This document shows, in pieces, positions 12,716 to 25,527 of a stretch of 64,000 nucleotides of DNA. Within the stretch, counting starts at the first letter, position 1. Every line of letters begins with the position of its first letter. This DNA is from Lama glama. Taxonomy: Eukaryota. The notes under the pieces are model-generated. The model was given only the letters and a program-made list of their open reading frames with translations, was not told where the DNA came from and searched no databases. The position numbers were made by a program, and so were the translations under genes. The stretch is taken from contig CM052817.1 of NCBI GenBank assembly GCA_028534125.1, positions 92,878,001 through 92,942,000 of the forward strand, given 5' to 3'.

Positions 12716-14045
12716 CCACTGCCCTCACCGCACTTGACATTTTCAACAGAGAAACTTCATAAAGAAGCTGAGAACTCGTGGCTTCTGGAATGAGTACCCA
12801 GTCTCCCAATATGACTACCGCAAAGGGAAAACACTCATTGGGGCCAATAGGGTTAGTACATCTATTAAAAGGAGAATCAATTACAGGCACAGCTTATATT
12901 TCTTGCATTTTAAGTTGTTTCATCTTGTTCTATTTTCTGGTTCTTTCTCTAACTTTCCTTGATGATAAATTCAAGCAAATAATTCCATTTTGACCCCATT
13001 CAACCTTTTTCTTTGCTCTGCCTGTTCATATGCAAGTTATAGATTTCTTTAACAATATTGTTTATATAAGCTACTATTAAAACTTTCTCGAATTCTTAGG
13101 AGTGTTTTTGTCATGGCACTTAGTTCTGGATTTGGTACCCCTTGTTTTCACACCATACTGTTATTTCACACACATATATTGCCAATGTTTTCATCTGTTA
13201 AGCCCGCTGATGATATAATGCAATTTTAAATCTCCTAAGGTTACTCACTGAATAATAAAAGCAATCAACCATAGGGTACTGAATGATACAGAGGAATGTG
13301 TAAAGATTTTTGTTGTTGTTGCTAATTGTGTTTCAAAACATATTTGTGCATTCAGCTAGCCCTAATGGTAAAATTATATAGTTCAGGTTTTTCTTACAAA
13401 TAGTTTTATTGTTGAGTAAGACATCTGTCTTAATAAATGGCTAAAATTAGTTCTATATTTTATAAAAATCATTATCAATTTTGGATTTGGGAACAGAAGC
13501 ATGAACATTGCTTTACATTTGTATTTCCGTACACTTTTCAACTCAAATAATCCCTTGGTTCACTTTATTAAATGAGGCTAATTTTACCTATTAAGATTCA
13601 CTCAAAATAAATATCTATGTTTCTTTTTTCTTATCTGCCTTAATAATAAATACAAAAGAATTCTAATTATCTTTTATGTAAATCTTCACTCCACAATGAT
13701 TAATTCACCTATCTGCTCCATTCATATTTCCATGGAAATGTGTATTCCATAATTCCACATAAATTGATCAATAAAGAACAGATTAGGACAGAGTAAACAG
13801 GCTGGGGAATATGCAGCCTGACATCTAGAAGGGAACTTCGGTTCATTTGATTTTCCGTGGCATGGAAGATATGTGGGTTGTTTATCAGTAGTTTCTGGTT
13901 CTACTCTTTCCAGGCACACTGAGGTTCGGGCAAGATACCATAAGGATGGGAAAGATACTGTATTTCCACATCCACTTCAGGTTTGGTGAGATCTTGTGAC
14001 TCGCTTTAGACAATAAAACATGAGCAGAGGTGCTGTGTGATGCTC

Positions 14046-14704
14046 TGTACCGAAGTACTTAGGACCCCCGAAACCCAGCAGGACCCTATCTATGGGGCCT
14101 TCCTGGGACAGACCCCTCCCCCATGTCCTCTGTCTGCCTCTCATTTGTAGAAAAGCTGTCGTCTACCAGGCCTCCCCCGAGTCACAAAAGCCTGGCTCAA
14201 GAGTTAACGATTAAAAGGGTGTGAACATATAGTGACAAAAACAGCAGCCGGGCCAGCAGAACTGGTAAGAATTTAAACAGTAAATCAGCCATGTGGCGGC
14301 CACAGAACCTTCAGCTTCTCTCTGAAGGACTTAGATAACAGTATCTGATAACGGAAGAAGCTAACTACTTGATGACAATGAGCACTAACTCCTGGACCCC
14401 CGGAACCTGAGGACTGAGATGTTAACCCCTGGGACATCACCACCCTGTTACTGCATCATCAACAAATCAAAGAATTGTGCACAAGCGGATCACACACCCT
14501 GAGACTCTCTTCTTTCACCCAGCCTTTAAAAATGCGTTCCTGAAATCTGCCAGGGAGTCCAGGCTTTCTGAGCATTTATCTCTCCCAGACTCCTTGTCTG
14601 GCACGTTAACAATAAACGCTGCACTTACCTTCACCACAACCTGTGGCAGCAGCTTGGCTTCACTGCGCACGCGCAGGCGAGCGACACAAGTGTGGTCGGT
14701 AACA
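14046..14704 (+). mobile_element. Solo ERV LTR (ERV1-like)
   Basis: Terminal inverted TGTACCGA...TCGGTAACA; TATA-like tttaaaa at ~14525; AATAAA at 14611-14616; no PBS downstream. Confidence 0.85.
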
Positions 14705-14754
14705 CCCATAGGTGACTCCCGGTCTGCGCTCCCTTCCTGCTGCACGATCTTGGG

Positions 14755-15154
14755 TGCCAGGACGGTTGCTTGGCAAACTGGCCCCGTACGTGGAGGGCAA
14801 GGAGAGACCGGAAAAGCGCGGCAGACCGGTCCAGACTGGTAGGCGGCAGAGTTAATTAACAAGGAAACTTACATAGGAGGCTCCTCTCGTGCGGCTGCAA
14901 GAGGAGGAATGTGCACAACGTTCGCCAGAATCTTAAACGTTTGTTGGCGGCCTTATCCGGCTTCAGTCACGTATACCGAGACGGTCTCCAGGACACGTTG
15001 CTCTCCGAAGGCTGCGTCCTTGCAAAGGGGTCCCACGGTGTGAACTGTGAGCTGAGCGTCCATTCGGAGGAAAAGGGCAGGGGGAGCATCCGTTTGCCAG
15101 GGTCCAGCTCCTGGGTCACACGACGGTCACGTCCTCTTCATGACCTCCCTGACA
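14755..15154 (-). mobile_element. Solo ERV LTR, CpG-rich
   Basis: TG...CA termini with imperfect inverted repeat (tgccagga...ccctgaca); resembles a laurasiatherian ERV LTR recalled from memory; orientation inferred. Confidence 0.7.
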
Positions 15155-17070
15155 GGAGATCAGGGCAGCCAGCAACGCTGGAACCAGGCCCCCAGGACAG
15201 ACGGTAGAGGACTTTGGGTGAGTGAGAAACACTTTTGTTGTGTTAAATCCTTGATATTTTTGGTGTTTTACGTCACCACAACATAAATTAGCCAATCCCG
15301 ACCAATGTTACATGAGTACCGTTTTTGTTCTTAATTAGGTGGTACTTTAAGTGGCAGCCACTGTAACCTTCCTCCCACATATATTTGATTTTCGAAAACT
15401 AGTTTTCTTTTTTTCCTAAGGACTGTAAAGCTTTGGAGTCTTTCTGCCTTTTTGCTTGTACCTTCTTAAATGACAAGCATTAGCCGTAGTGTCTGGGTGC
15501 AGTGCTTCCTAATCCATTTGTGCTGCCTGCAACAAGAGAATTTTTTGAAGCATCCCAGGAGGACTTTTTGCCGTTGGGTTTGATTTTGTGAACACAGTAT
15601 GCTACGGAACCAGAGAGTGTGATGCCAGCCAGGTAGCAGGAAAGGACTCTGGAACTGCTGGAGAAAAACAAAAATGCAAAGTCGTTAGAAAATAGCATGC
15701 TTATCTAACTTTGATGAAAATGAGGATTTGACATTCTCTCTCCTTTAGAAACGCTTGTTCCTTAATAAATGAATGAAGAAGTAGTTATTTTGAGGTGGAG
15801 ACTTCCTTAAAATCTTCTTTCTCCTGGCGTGTATTTTATGCCATTATTATCTTTGTACGACAGTGGCCTCTGGAAGGGAGAATTTGAGATATTTTACGGA
15901 GGAGGACGGAACACGGTGGTTCAAATGTAACTGAATTCTTATCAGGCCTTTGGAAATCTTAGTCTGGCATTACGCAGCCAAGGAAAGGATAATTTCTGTT
16001 GGAAAATCAGGGACATTTGGGGATTCTGGGAAAAAAAATCCATTTACAAAATACATTTAATCCATTTAGAAAATACACTCATCCAGAGCACATTCATTTA
16101 CAGCCTAAACGAGGCTTGAATTGATCCAGCAAAGAATGCAATTGCAGTGCCACGTCTCCAATGCAGATTGCAGGGCACTCTGTAATCTGAGAGTGTTATC
16201 ATTGTATGTTGCAATCACCCTGATGACACCTGCTCATTAGGAATTCATCTAGCGCCCGTGTGGCTGTAATGCACTTCCATTTGTATTCTGGAGCCATTTA
16301 GCACTGGGAACTTAAAAGTCATTTGATCAATCTTGTGTGGAGCTCTTGTTTTCACTCCAGGCAAATTAATGTGCAGATCACTGCAACATATTAAACAGAT
16401 TTAATTGTTCATTGATCAAGCCAAAACTCTGAAATGCACATGCTTTAAGATGTAATATTTCCTCAAATTTTGAAGGTATGAAAATGTTATATTCCTAGTT
16501 AGACTCAATGACAAAGATAGAGAAAGGTGAATGTTGAAATATACATAAAACTTACTAGGTTCTTCTTTTTTTTTTTTTTACATGAGGTTACTTTGGTTTA
16601 GGAATTCAAAGGGTATGTTATGTAAGTATGCTTTGCTCGTAAGATCATAGTTTCATGTACAGTAATTTCTCTAATAGTGCTGACTTTATAGATTATTTTT
16701 TTACTTTACTATTTTAATAAACTTAAAATGATTCTTAAGGGTGCTACAAGCTATTGAGCTTGGGAATTTAGTCTCTTCACATTTTTGCTGAGCTGTCAAA
16801 GCCATCAAAACTTGAGAATAGACATCTTCAAAGTAATAGTAAAACATAAAAAATAATGGTGGGAACTGGGCTTTTGTGAACTCTACCATGTTGTGCAATA
16901 CAGAAAGGACTTATTTTTAGAAAAGAGATTAAAGGAGAGGAAAAAAGAAAAAGGAGAAATCCCTCCACTTTCAAACTTACTGCCCACAAATGTTGCCACA
17001 TGGAACTTTTCTAAACAGTCTTGTTTTTGTGAAGGGTTGTCATCAATATATTCTGCTTCATCATTTTAGC

Positions 17071-17319
17071 TTTTTAAACATTGAACTATACTTAATTTAC
17101 AATATTGTGTTAGTTTCAAGTGTTCAGCAGGGATTCAGTTATGTGTATGTATATATATATATGTATCTAAATATCTAAATATATATTGTTCTTTTCCAGT
17201 ATAGGCTATTAAAAGATATTGAATGTATTCCCCTGTGCTATACTGTAAATCCTTGTTGTTTATGTATTTTATATATAGTGGTGTGTATCTATTAATCCCA
17301 TACTCCTAATTTACCCCTC
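17071..17319 (-). mobile_element. L1 3' UTR fragment (cetartiodactyl type)
   Basis: 'attgaactatacttaatttacaatattgtgttagtttcaagtg...gattcagttat...ccctgtgctatactgtaaatccttgttg...ctcctaattta'. Confidence 0.9.
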
Positions 17320-17579
17320 GATTCAGAGGTTTCCTCAGATTAAGAAAAGGCTCTCAACTCTTTCTTTCCCACTTTTATGTATTTATAAATGTAAACTTAG
17401 ATTTTCATATTTTGTGGAAGAATCCAAAGAAGGTGAGACTGTGAATCAAAGTCAGCTTTACACAAAAACAGGCCAGCCAGTGTATTACATGAGGGGCTAA
17501 ACTGACAATATTTCTGATTGTCATTTTGGAACAAATATCTAAAAATCACAAGTGTGGAACTGCAGTCCTTTGAAAGAGA

Positions 17580-17650
17580 TCATCATGATGATGTCATGTA
17601 ATTCCCTCATCTTACAGATGAGGACACTGAAACCTAGGTATCAAATTAAA
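17580..17650 (-). mobile_element. MIR core fragment
   Basis: 'ctcatcttacagatgaggacactgaaacctag'. Confidence 0.6.
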
Positions 17651-17879
17651 AACTATTTTATACCTTCAAGCTCTGAGAAAGAAGAGCACTTAGAAATGAC
17701 ACTAATAGCACCATGTAACAATTTGAATATTTATTTGATGTAGTATAACTCCAATCAACAGAACAATGTTAAGTTCTTATAATTATTTTAGGTTTTCTTA
17801 TACTTAGTTTGCATGGTTACCCTACGGGTAACCAGATTTCTGAGCTAATACTGAAGATTGAAACAAGCATGGGGCTTTA

Positions 17880-18420
17880 TTCACTCATTTATTTATTGAA
17901 AATTATCTTTTGAAAACAAGTGGAGTACTGGGGACTGTTCTAGATGCTCAGGGTATATCAGTCCTTGTAAGCAAAGAGTTTTTCTGCCCTTGTAGGGGGA
18001 GACAGACAATAAATAATAAACATAATAAATAAGTCAGAAGGTAGAAGATGGCTGTGCCATGGGGAAAAATAGAGCAGAGTGAGAGGACTTGGCAGTTTGG
18101 AGTGGTGGGTTAGTGTGAAAGTCAGTTGCATCTTTAAATATGGTGGTCAAGGTGGAACTTGTAGAAGGTGACATGTGAGCAAAGGTCTGAAGGCGGGGAG
18201 GGAGTTAGCCAAGTGGAAATCTGGTAGAGGAACATTCCAGGCAAAGCGAGCAGCTAGCGCAGGCTTCTAAGGTGGGGTTGTACTTGCTGCATCAGAGCAA
18301 CAGCAAGGACGTCCACGTGGAGTGAATAAAAGATGGGGATTCAAGGGGGGGGGCTGCTAGAGGTTCGGACCACGGGGGGCCGTGTAAAGAATCTGGCTCA
18401 CCAGTGCGTGAAACAAGGTG
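17880..18420 (-). mobile_element. L2 LINE fragment
   Basis: 'ttcactcatttatttattg...gagacagacaataaa...gaaggtgacatgtgagcaaaggtctgaagg...gaacattccaggca'. Confidence 0.8.
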
Positions 18421-19459
18421 CCTTTATTTAGAGTGCCTTGCCTGGAAGGGTGGCACCATCGAATACGTTTTTAGGTCATTTTGGCTGTGTTGATAAGAAC
18501 CTCATCTCTACACGGACCTTTATCTTCATACCCAGACTTCCTCAAAACATTTTTCCTTTGAGCTCCCCTGTTATCTTGTTCCTTGTAACCAGCGCTTCCC
18601 TTCAAGTGGAAGACTTGGGGTATTTATGACTTTTCCGGATTCAAGTCTCCTCTGATTCCCAGGCCTGCGAAGCCTTTGGTGACCTGCCCTGCCATGTCCT
18701 CCGCACCTGGCAGACCCTAGGCTTTGCTCAGGGTGGATGGGCCGCTCTGGTGCCTTTCCCCACATGGTGCATTGTTTTCAGCCATTGGAGGCATCACCAC
18801 CTCCAAGTATAGCCACCATGTCGCTGAGACTCCCACGCATGCTCCTGGGCTTTGAGAAAATTAAAATCTGCCATCTTCTCCTTTCCTACCTATTTTTTTT
18901 TTTTTGCTGCTGTTGTTCTCAGTCAACATCGTTATAAAAATTAATTAATTAATATTTTTTTAAACTTCTGGGAGACCATGTTCATTTTAATATGAAAATG
19001 GCTGTTTCCCCTGGTGTCTCCTCTAAAATCCACACAAGTCCCATTCCAGTATGGAGGACTTTTCTAAAGATTCTTTTTTTGTGTGTGTGAACACCACATA
19101 TAGCATACCAAAACCTCTGGAAAATTCCTCCTTCTCCAGAGTTTACTAATTATAGCAGCTGCTTAGGACTCATCTCTGTATTTCTTCTTATCCCTCTTTG
19201 TCTTTCTCTGTCTTCTACTCTCTCTCCCTGTGTCTCTTTCCAGGATCATTTTTTTTTCTCCTCTGAGTGGCACTATGAAGGGTCTATGTAGAGAAATCCA
19301 ACCCTCTCTCACCTCTCCATTGTGTCCTCACCCCTACCGTTGTGCAGCAAAATGAAGCATCTTTCTCAGTATCCTCTCTCCTTAGGAGATGGGAGGAGGA
19401 TGGGGTTATAAAAACTTACAAATAATACATTTTGTCCTGGTCCCATAATTTTTGTTGTT

Positions 19460-20020
19460 CTAATTATAAAACAACATATATTTTTTAAAAACATTAGAAA
19501 ATAGAGACACAAAAAATGCCAAAAAAAAGTATTCACAATCCTGTCACAGTCTTGTTAAAGAGATAATTGTAACACACTTTTTTTATCCTTCCATAACTTT
19601 TTTGCATTTGTGTATTTTTTAACAAAAATTGGTTCCTCCTATGCCTAGATTTGTAACCTAAGTTCATTTAATATATCATGGCTGAATCCATGTCAATAAA
19701 TATTCCTTTTAAACAATTTTTAATGACTTATTTGTTTACCATTATATGAATGTACTGTTATTTAATCATCATCATATAATTAGATATTTATATGATAATA
19801 TAGATAATGTTTCCCCATATCTTTAATTTTTCCTTTGAGTAAGTGTCTAGAATTGGTATTTTAGGTCCAAAAGTATACATGTTTCTGTATTTTTGGTGTA
19901 TGTTGCCACATTGTACTGAGACTGATAATACCAATTTTTCCATTCTCATCAATACTCTTTGAGGCTGGTCCCCTACCGCCAAACCATCTAATACAAGGTA
20001 TTATTTTTTTTAAGAAATCA
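19460..20020 (-). mobile_element. Old L1 (L1ME-like) fragment
   Basis: 'tccatgtcaataaata...ttcctttgagtaagtgtctagaattggtattttaggtccaaaagtatacatg'. Confidence 0.65.
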
Positions 20021-20029
20021 TTGACAACA

Positions 20030-20258
20030 CAGTTGACCCTTGAACAATGTGGGGGCTAGCGACACCAACTCTCCCCACAGTAGAAGATGAGGATGTAACT
20101 TTACAGTATAACTTTACAGTTGGCTGCCCATTTTTTTGGTTCCACTTCCCCCAGTTCAGCCAGCCTTGGATGATGTGGTACTGTGATACCTATTTAGTGA
20201 AAAAACCCTTGTAAGTGGTCTTGTGTAGTTCAAACCCAGGTTGTTCAAGGGTCAACTG
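20030..20258. mobile_element. Tigger2-related MITE (TcMar-Tigger)
   Basis: Perfect 18-bp TIRs CAGTTGACCCTTGAACAA / TTGTTCAAGGGTCAACTG. Confidence 0.92.
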
Positions 20259-20349
20259 TGATAACATACAAACAAGTTGTATGTTATTATAGTTTTATTT
20301 TTTTATTGCTTTGATCATCAATGGCAATAAATATGTGTCAACAGTAAAG

Positions 20350-20585
20350 ATTTCAACTTGGGTATCCTTTCTCTCCTGGAAAGAGTTTCTGACTCCTCCA
20401 TTCTGCACTGGCCCTCTCTCATGTTTTCCCATAGAACTCTGTACTTGGATTGCCACCTTCTAATAGCCAGCTTAATTCCCTTTCTGCTTCTCTAGACTTT
20501 AGGATCTGTGAGGACAGGAATTCCACTCTCTTGCTCATCACGTGCCAGTGCACATCATAGCTTCTAAATAAGTAGTTGTTAATCA
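20350..20585 (+). mobile_element. L2 3' fragment
   Basis: 'ctctagactttaggatctgtgaggacagga...aaataagtagttgttaa'. Confidence 0.55.
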
Positions 20586-22384
20586 GATCCCGGAAACCAT
20601 GATTTTAAATAGTCATTGGTTAATATCTTCTACCTTTTATTAAAGAAAATATGTATTACTTAACTATTTTAATAGAAAAACAATGACCTTGTTTTGTAAT
20701 TTCCAGAGATTAGAAACAAACAAATACATATTAACCCTGTGAATGAATGAATAAAAGGATGACTGAATGGAAGCTTTTTCTGTTCGTTCTATTTCTGGTC
20801 TCACAAAACCTACTTATCTGGCTGAGAACATACCCCCAACGTCTAGATTGAAAGTTCAGTTAAAATTAACCAAAACAAAGCAAAAACACAGGCAAAGAGG
20901 AAAGTAAGTAAAGGATGCTTGTTTGATACTTCGAAATGGATCATATTTTATTTTATAAATTAAGTCAAACTTGGAGTTCCACCCATGGCTGGGTTTCCAG
21001 ATAATCCTTAGTTTTTCAAGTTATCTAGATATACCTATCATCCGGAAATCCTTTCCTAAATAAATAATGAGTAAAGGGATGTTTGTATTAAAAACTTCAA
21101 ATCTTAACATTTTTCTGTTACATATACTTGGAGTTTCCAACTAGATTTGTAATGAAATCCATTCTAAGCCTCAAGTGATCAATTATTTTACTAATATACA
21201 TTTTAAATTAATTTTTATAAATCAGAATGTTATTTGGCTTAGTTAACTTAATAAAATTTATTAATAGCCAAACATTAATAAAGAGGTTAACTGATGAAAT
21301 GATGTTAGTAATTTAAACATAATTATTGGAAAAGCAGAGAAGTGATCTTGGTAAAAGTCAGTTGGGATGAGTTTTGATTATTTAGTCATCTAAGTTCAAC
21401 CAATGCAAACATAGTAGGAAGGGGACAGATTTAGGACAAAGTTAAAATAGCAAAGTTATCTCTTAATTCCTGGAAAAGCAAATCCAAAAAGAAATTTCAT
21501 TGTGTGAAAGCAATATAAACAATCTTTTATTAAAATTATATTTTTAAACATAATGAAGGTATGTTAGGGATTGGGATTTGAATGCAAAGTACTAAAGAGA
21601 GATCTTGAAATAACTTAATATATTGTTTTTAAATTTATTTCTACTTCTAATTTTATGACTCAGCAATGGCAAGGGTTCATACCTAGAATAGGTGTAAATA
21701 GGACAATTACATCGTGGGTAGATTGTTAAAAAGAGGGAGCTCTGTTCCTCTGGCAGTCTGTTTATTTTTCAATATTTTTAAAGAGTAAGAAGCCTTTTCT
21801 GACATTTTTGCTTGAGGGACTGGATTTAAAAGTATGCCATTTATGTTTGGTATACTTAATTAAATGTTTGGTTTGAGCTTATAGGGAACTTCTATTTATT
21901 TTAGTCAGTTCAGATTGCAATAGAGTATTAAAAATTCCACTAGAGATTATTGTTGACATTATGTTAAAAAAAAGTTTCTCTAACAGGACAAAGCCTCTCT
22001 GTTACTAAATTTTTCACTCTTCTTTGATATGTTGTCTTTTTTGTGAATGTTATAATCTCATCATTTCTTAGTGGTTTCCTGATTTTGTAGTTTATGACTC
22101 AGATGATGTGATTTAATCAATGGGTCAGACTAATAAACCCAAGCTCGTGCTCATTAAAATCTCAGCATAAACAGATTTGAATGAGTGTGTTATCTTGTCA
22201 TTGCATTGCTGTTTTTGTGCAATTGCCCATTTAGTTATTGCCTCTTTTATGTTGAAGCTTTAGGAAGATGAGACATGTCTGTGTTACTTGATCTGAATAG
22301 TTTTTAATAACATATCAAGCCAGGATAGATTAAATAATGACAATAATAATAATATCAATAATAATTTTAACAATTAAATACAAA

Positions 22385-22600
22385 AAAACCATTTATTTTA
22401 TACCTACTTTCTGCCTGGCACTGTGCTAAGAATTCGGAACACATTATCTCTGCAAGATCGGTGTTATTACCTCCACTTTACATGAGTTAACTGAGGTACC
22501 AGAAGGTTAAATAATTTGCTAAAGATTTAGGGTTATTAAATGTTCGAAATAAAAAGCAGCCTGCTTAATTTCAAAGATCATAATATTCTATTACATAAGT
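22385..22600 (-). mobile_element. MIR SINE
   Basis: 'cctggcactgtgctaag...acattatctc...ccactttacatgagttaactgaggtaccagaaggttaaataatttgc'. Confidence 0.75.
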
Positions 22601-22672
22601 TGTCACTGATAGTTGAATGACGTCTATACCCTTAGGGATGTTGTGTTTTACTGTATTCCTATCATGAGAGAG

Positions 22673-22830
22673 CATAGTTTCTCAGAATTAGTATGAGGAT
22701 CTAGTTAAAAGGCAGATTCTGATTCAGGGGGTCGGAGATCCTGCATTTCCAATAAGTTTGAGATCCTGTGTTTCCAGCAAGCTCCCAGGTGACACCAGTA
22801 TGGCTGGCCTGAGGACACCGCTTTGGGTGA
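22673..22830. mobile_element. MER5A-like hAT-Charlie element with short internal duplication
   Basis: 'gttaaaaggcagattctgattcag...gagatcctgcatttccaataag / gagatcctgtgtttccagcaag ctcccaggtga'. Confidence 0.8.
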
Positions 22831-23629
22831 CAAGTTCCAGAGTTGAGATGCCTGACACGGTGGGGAGGAAGTGTTGGGAAACATGCTCACTGGACCTTCA
22901 CTGGGAGGATTTCAAATTTTCAACCTAGTGAGTTTTCCTTTTCCTGGAAGAATCTTGTAAGCCTTTCTTCACCTCCTAAAACCAGTGCTGAAGAGAGCCA
23001 CGAGTACTGATGGGGGTGCCTGCTACATCCCTCATCTTTCCTGTGTTTGGGATAGAAAAGGACTGACAATGATTGACCCAGTGAATTCAGAAGCTGAAAC
23101 ACTACAAGCAAGCCAGTTTGAGTCCCAGGTGACAGTGTCAGTGCTAAGGCAGAAGGGGAAGGAAACCTAAAGAAAGGGACCCAATGTAGGGAAAGAAGAG
23201 AGGTAAGAGGAGAAAGGTGAGAGAAAGTGGAGGAAAATAACCGGCTACATACAGTGGTGAATGATAGAATGGCACTGAAGAGTGCTGGAAAGGGCCAGTC
23301 TCAGATCACTACAGCGCCTAATTTGCAGAAGCTCCTCATCTCAAAAATACAACTTTTCTCGTTTTGTTATAGGGCCTCAGATTATAGTTTTGATTCAGAG
23401 CAACCTCTAAGACAGTACGCTATGTCAGTTAGCCTCTAATGTCTGCTAGCAATTTCAGGGTGAATATTTCGAGCTGAGTGAAAAATAATCTTTCACCTTC
23501 ACTTATACTTTGGCATAATTGCTCTAGAGCTATCTTGTCTTTATAATTTGGCTAATGTGTTAGTGTAATTGGAAAGAGTGGGATGGAATGGGGGTAGTCA
23601 AATTCCATGAATGACTCCGTTCCTGAGAA

Positions 23630-23707
23630 GTGTGTTTGTGTGTGTGCATGTGTGTGCACGTGTGTGCATGTGTGCATGTTAAAACACAAGCTTGTGCACA
23701 CACACAC
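23630..23707. repeat. TG/CA purine-pyrimidine alternating tract
   Basis: gtgtgtgtgcatgtgtgtgcacgtgtgtgcatg...gtgcacacacacac. Confidence 0.85.
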
Positions 23708-25502
23708 CCCACTTCTCTTATCTGTGGACTGTTGAAAAATGAAAATTACTTTGTTTTCAGTTATGTTTTAAACAAATACAGGCATTGCTTTTTATAATTC
23801 TTTGTTTGAAAAGACAACTAGCTGAAAATGCCATGGCCAGGACATACAGAGGGCACCAAGTAGTTTATGAAATACAAATGTTACTGCAAGTTCGTTATTG
23901 CTTCTCCAAACCCTCCATAAAATAAAACCTTATGGGATATAGTAACAAGGGCAAATGTGGGTCAAAATTACCATCGCTTGAACATAATACTGAAGACATG
24001 AACCCAGATTTTGATGGTCACCAGAGAGGTTCTCATTTCAAAATGCAGGAAGTCAACAACAACTGCCCCAAACCCTATTGATCCAAGCCTTCTCAAATCG
24101 TCTCCTAGTAGTGTGCTCTTAGATGGAACAGCTGATTAAAACACTGAAACTCACAAAACAGTTTATGCTGCTGTATCTCTGATGGGAGTTTTCTAATTCT
24201 TACTAATGTGTTTAATTTCATCAACACCTTGGTGTATATGGTTCCATCTTGATGGAATCTGTGCGATCCATCTCAGAATTTTAAAGAGCTTTCCTATATT
24301 ATTGGTTCACTAATTTCTGTTTTCAACCTACAGTTTATGCCAGTTTCCTACTTGGGAAATTGCCAGTATGTGTTTTTCAGCCTGGTAGCTTACATGAAAC
24401 GTCTATCGAATTTTAGTCACACTTTTTTCACTGTCACTGATCATTGCTCTACGCCTTCTGACTTTGGGGAAAAAACTAGCAGGAGTGGCATGAGATTGTT
24501 TGCAGCATTTATTGATAATTCACAGAGACTTTGACTTTGTGGACAACAGATTTTATGGTCTACGGTCTAAGGTCCATGAACTTCTGGTTGGACCTATATT
24601 ACTAGTGCTTCTCCAGAAGCTGCATCTTAACAGATTAGCTGGTTAGGATCAAGCCTGAACCTCTCATGAAGGATTAGAGATGGATTCAGTATCCTTTCCT
24701 TCCAAGTTTGATTCTAAATGACTTGCTTTGGGATCAGCTGGATACATGTCCCCTGATACATAGAATTATAATATAAATTCTTTATTGTCTTATATATAGA
24801 TGGCATAGTTTGATTTATCCCAAACTGTTAAGGACCTAAGATTCAACCAGTCTTTCTAATGCACTATAAAGTCTAGAAAAAGTGCACTTGAGATACACTC
24901 TTTTAGAGTTTAAATACTGTTTTAGTGTATATAGTCCAGAATATACTTTATTTTTACCCATCAGCTTTTTGTTTTTATTACTTGTCCACTTATGAAGTCC
25001 ATTCATCACATTGCTTTCTCTGTCAAGAGAAAATTTGCTGACCAGGTTTATTACTTAATTAAAATTTAAAATTTTGTCCTAATGAATTGAATTATCATAA
25101 TTTTAAACCATTATGGTTATTTACCCTCTAATTCTATCTATAAGTGATAAAAATAATTCTGGTTTAGTAATAGTTTAGTAAACACATATAAAAGTTAGGG
25201 TTCAATTAGTCTATTATTAGCTACTAGTCTAAATTGTTAACTAGTGGTATTATTACTGATTTTACTCATAGTTTTCTGCCTTAATAGCTATTAACAATTT
25301 TATTTAAAATTCTCTCATTTGAAAATTTTAGTTTGGGATATTTTATATTATATCTTATTCATTTTTCTAGAGAGTATATTTGTGGAAACGAATACAGGAG
25401 CTTGTATTCCTGCAGTAATATTGGCCTGGGCCAAAGTTTTCCTTTTAAATAGTGATTAATTTTTTCTTTCTGCCCCAGTATGAAAATTGGAGCACAGTCT
25501 TT

Positions 25503-25527
25503 TTATTATTATTATTATTATTATTAA
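25503..25527. repeat. (TTA)n microsatellite
   Basis: ttattattattattattattatta. Confidence 0.9.

Larger units (their letters stand above)
13930..15310 (+). mobile_element. MLT1 (H/I/J-like) LTR split by two younger LTR insertions
   Basis: 5' part 'cttgtgactcgctttagacaataaaacatgagcagaggtg'; short middle piece 14705-14754; 3' part 'gagtgagaaacacttttgttgtgttaaatcc...cacaacataaattagccaatcccgaccaat'. Confidence 0.7.

Noticed and set aside
14477..15207. Overlapping 98-121 aa ORFs in the LTR nest
   Set aside because: Explained by high GC (few stop codons); no gag/pol/env similarity visible
17814..17834. Hairpin TGGTTACCC-tac-GGGTAACCA
   Set aside because: A single 9-bp stem is within chance expectation for 64 kb; no supporting context
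18334..18380. G-rich run suggesting a G-quadruplex
   Set aside because: Irregular long loops inside an L2 fossil; no supporting evidence
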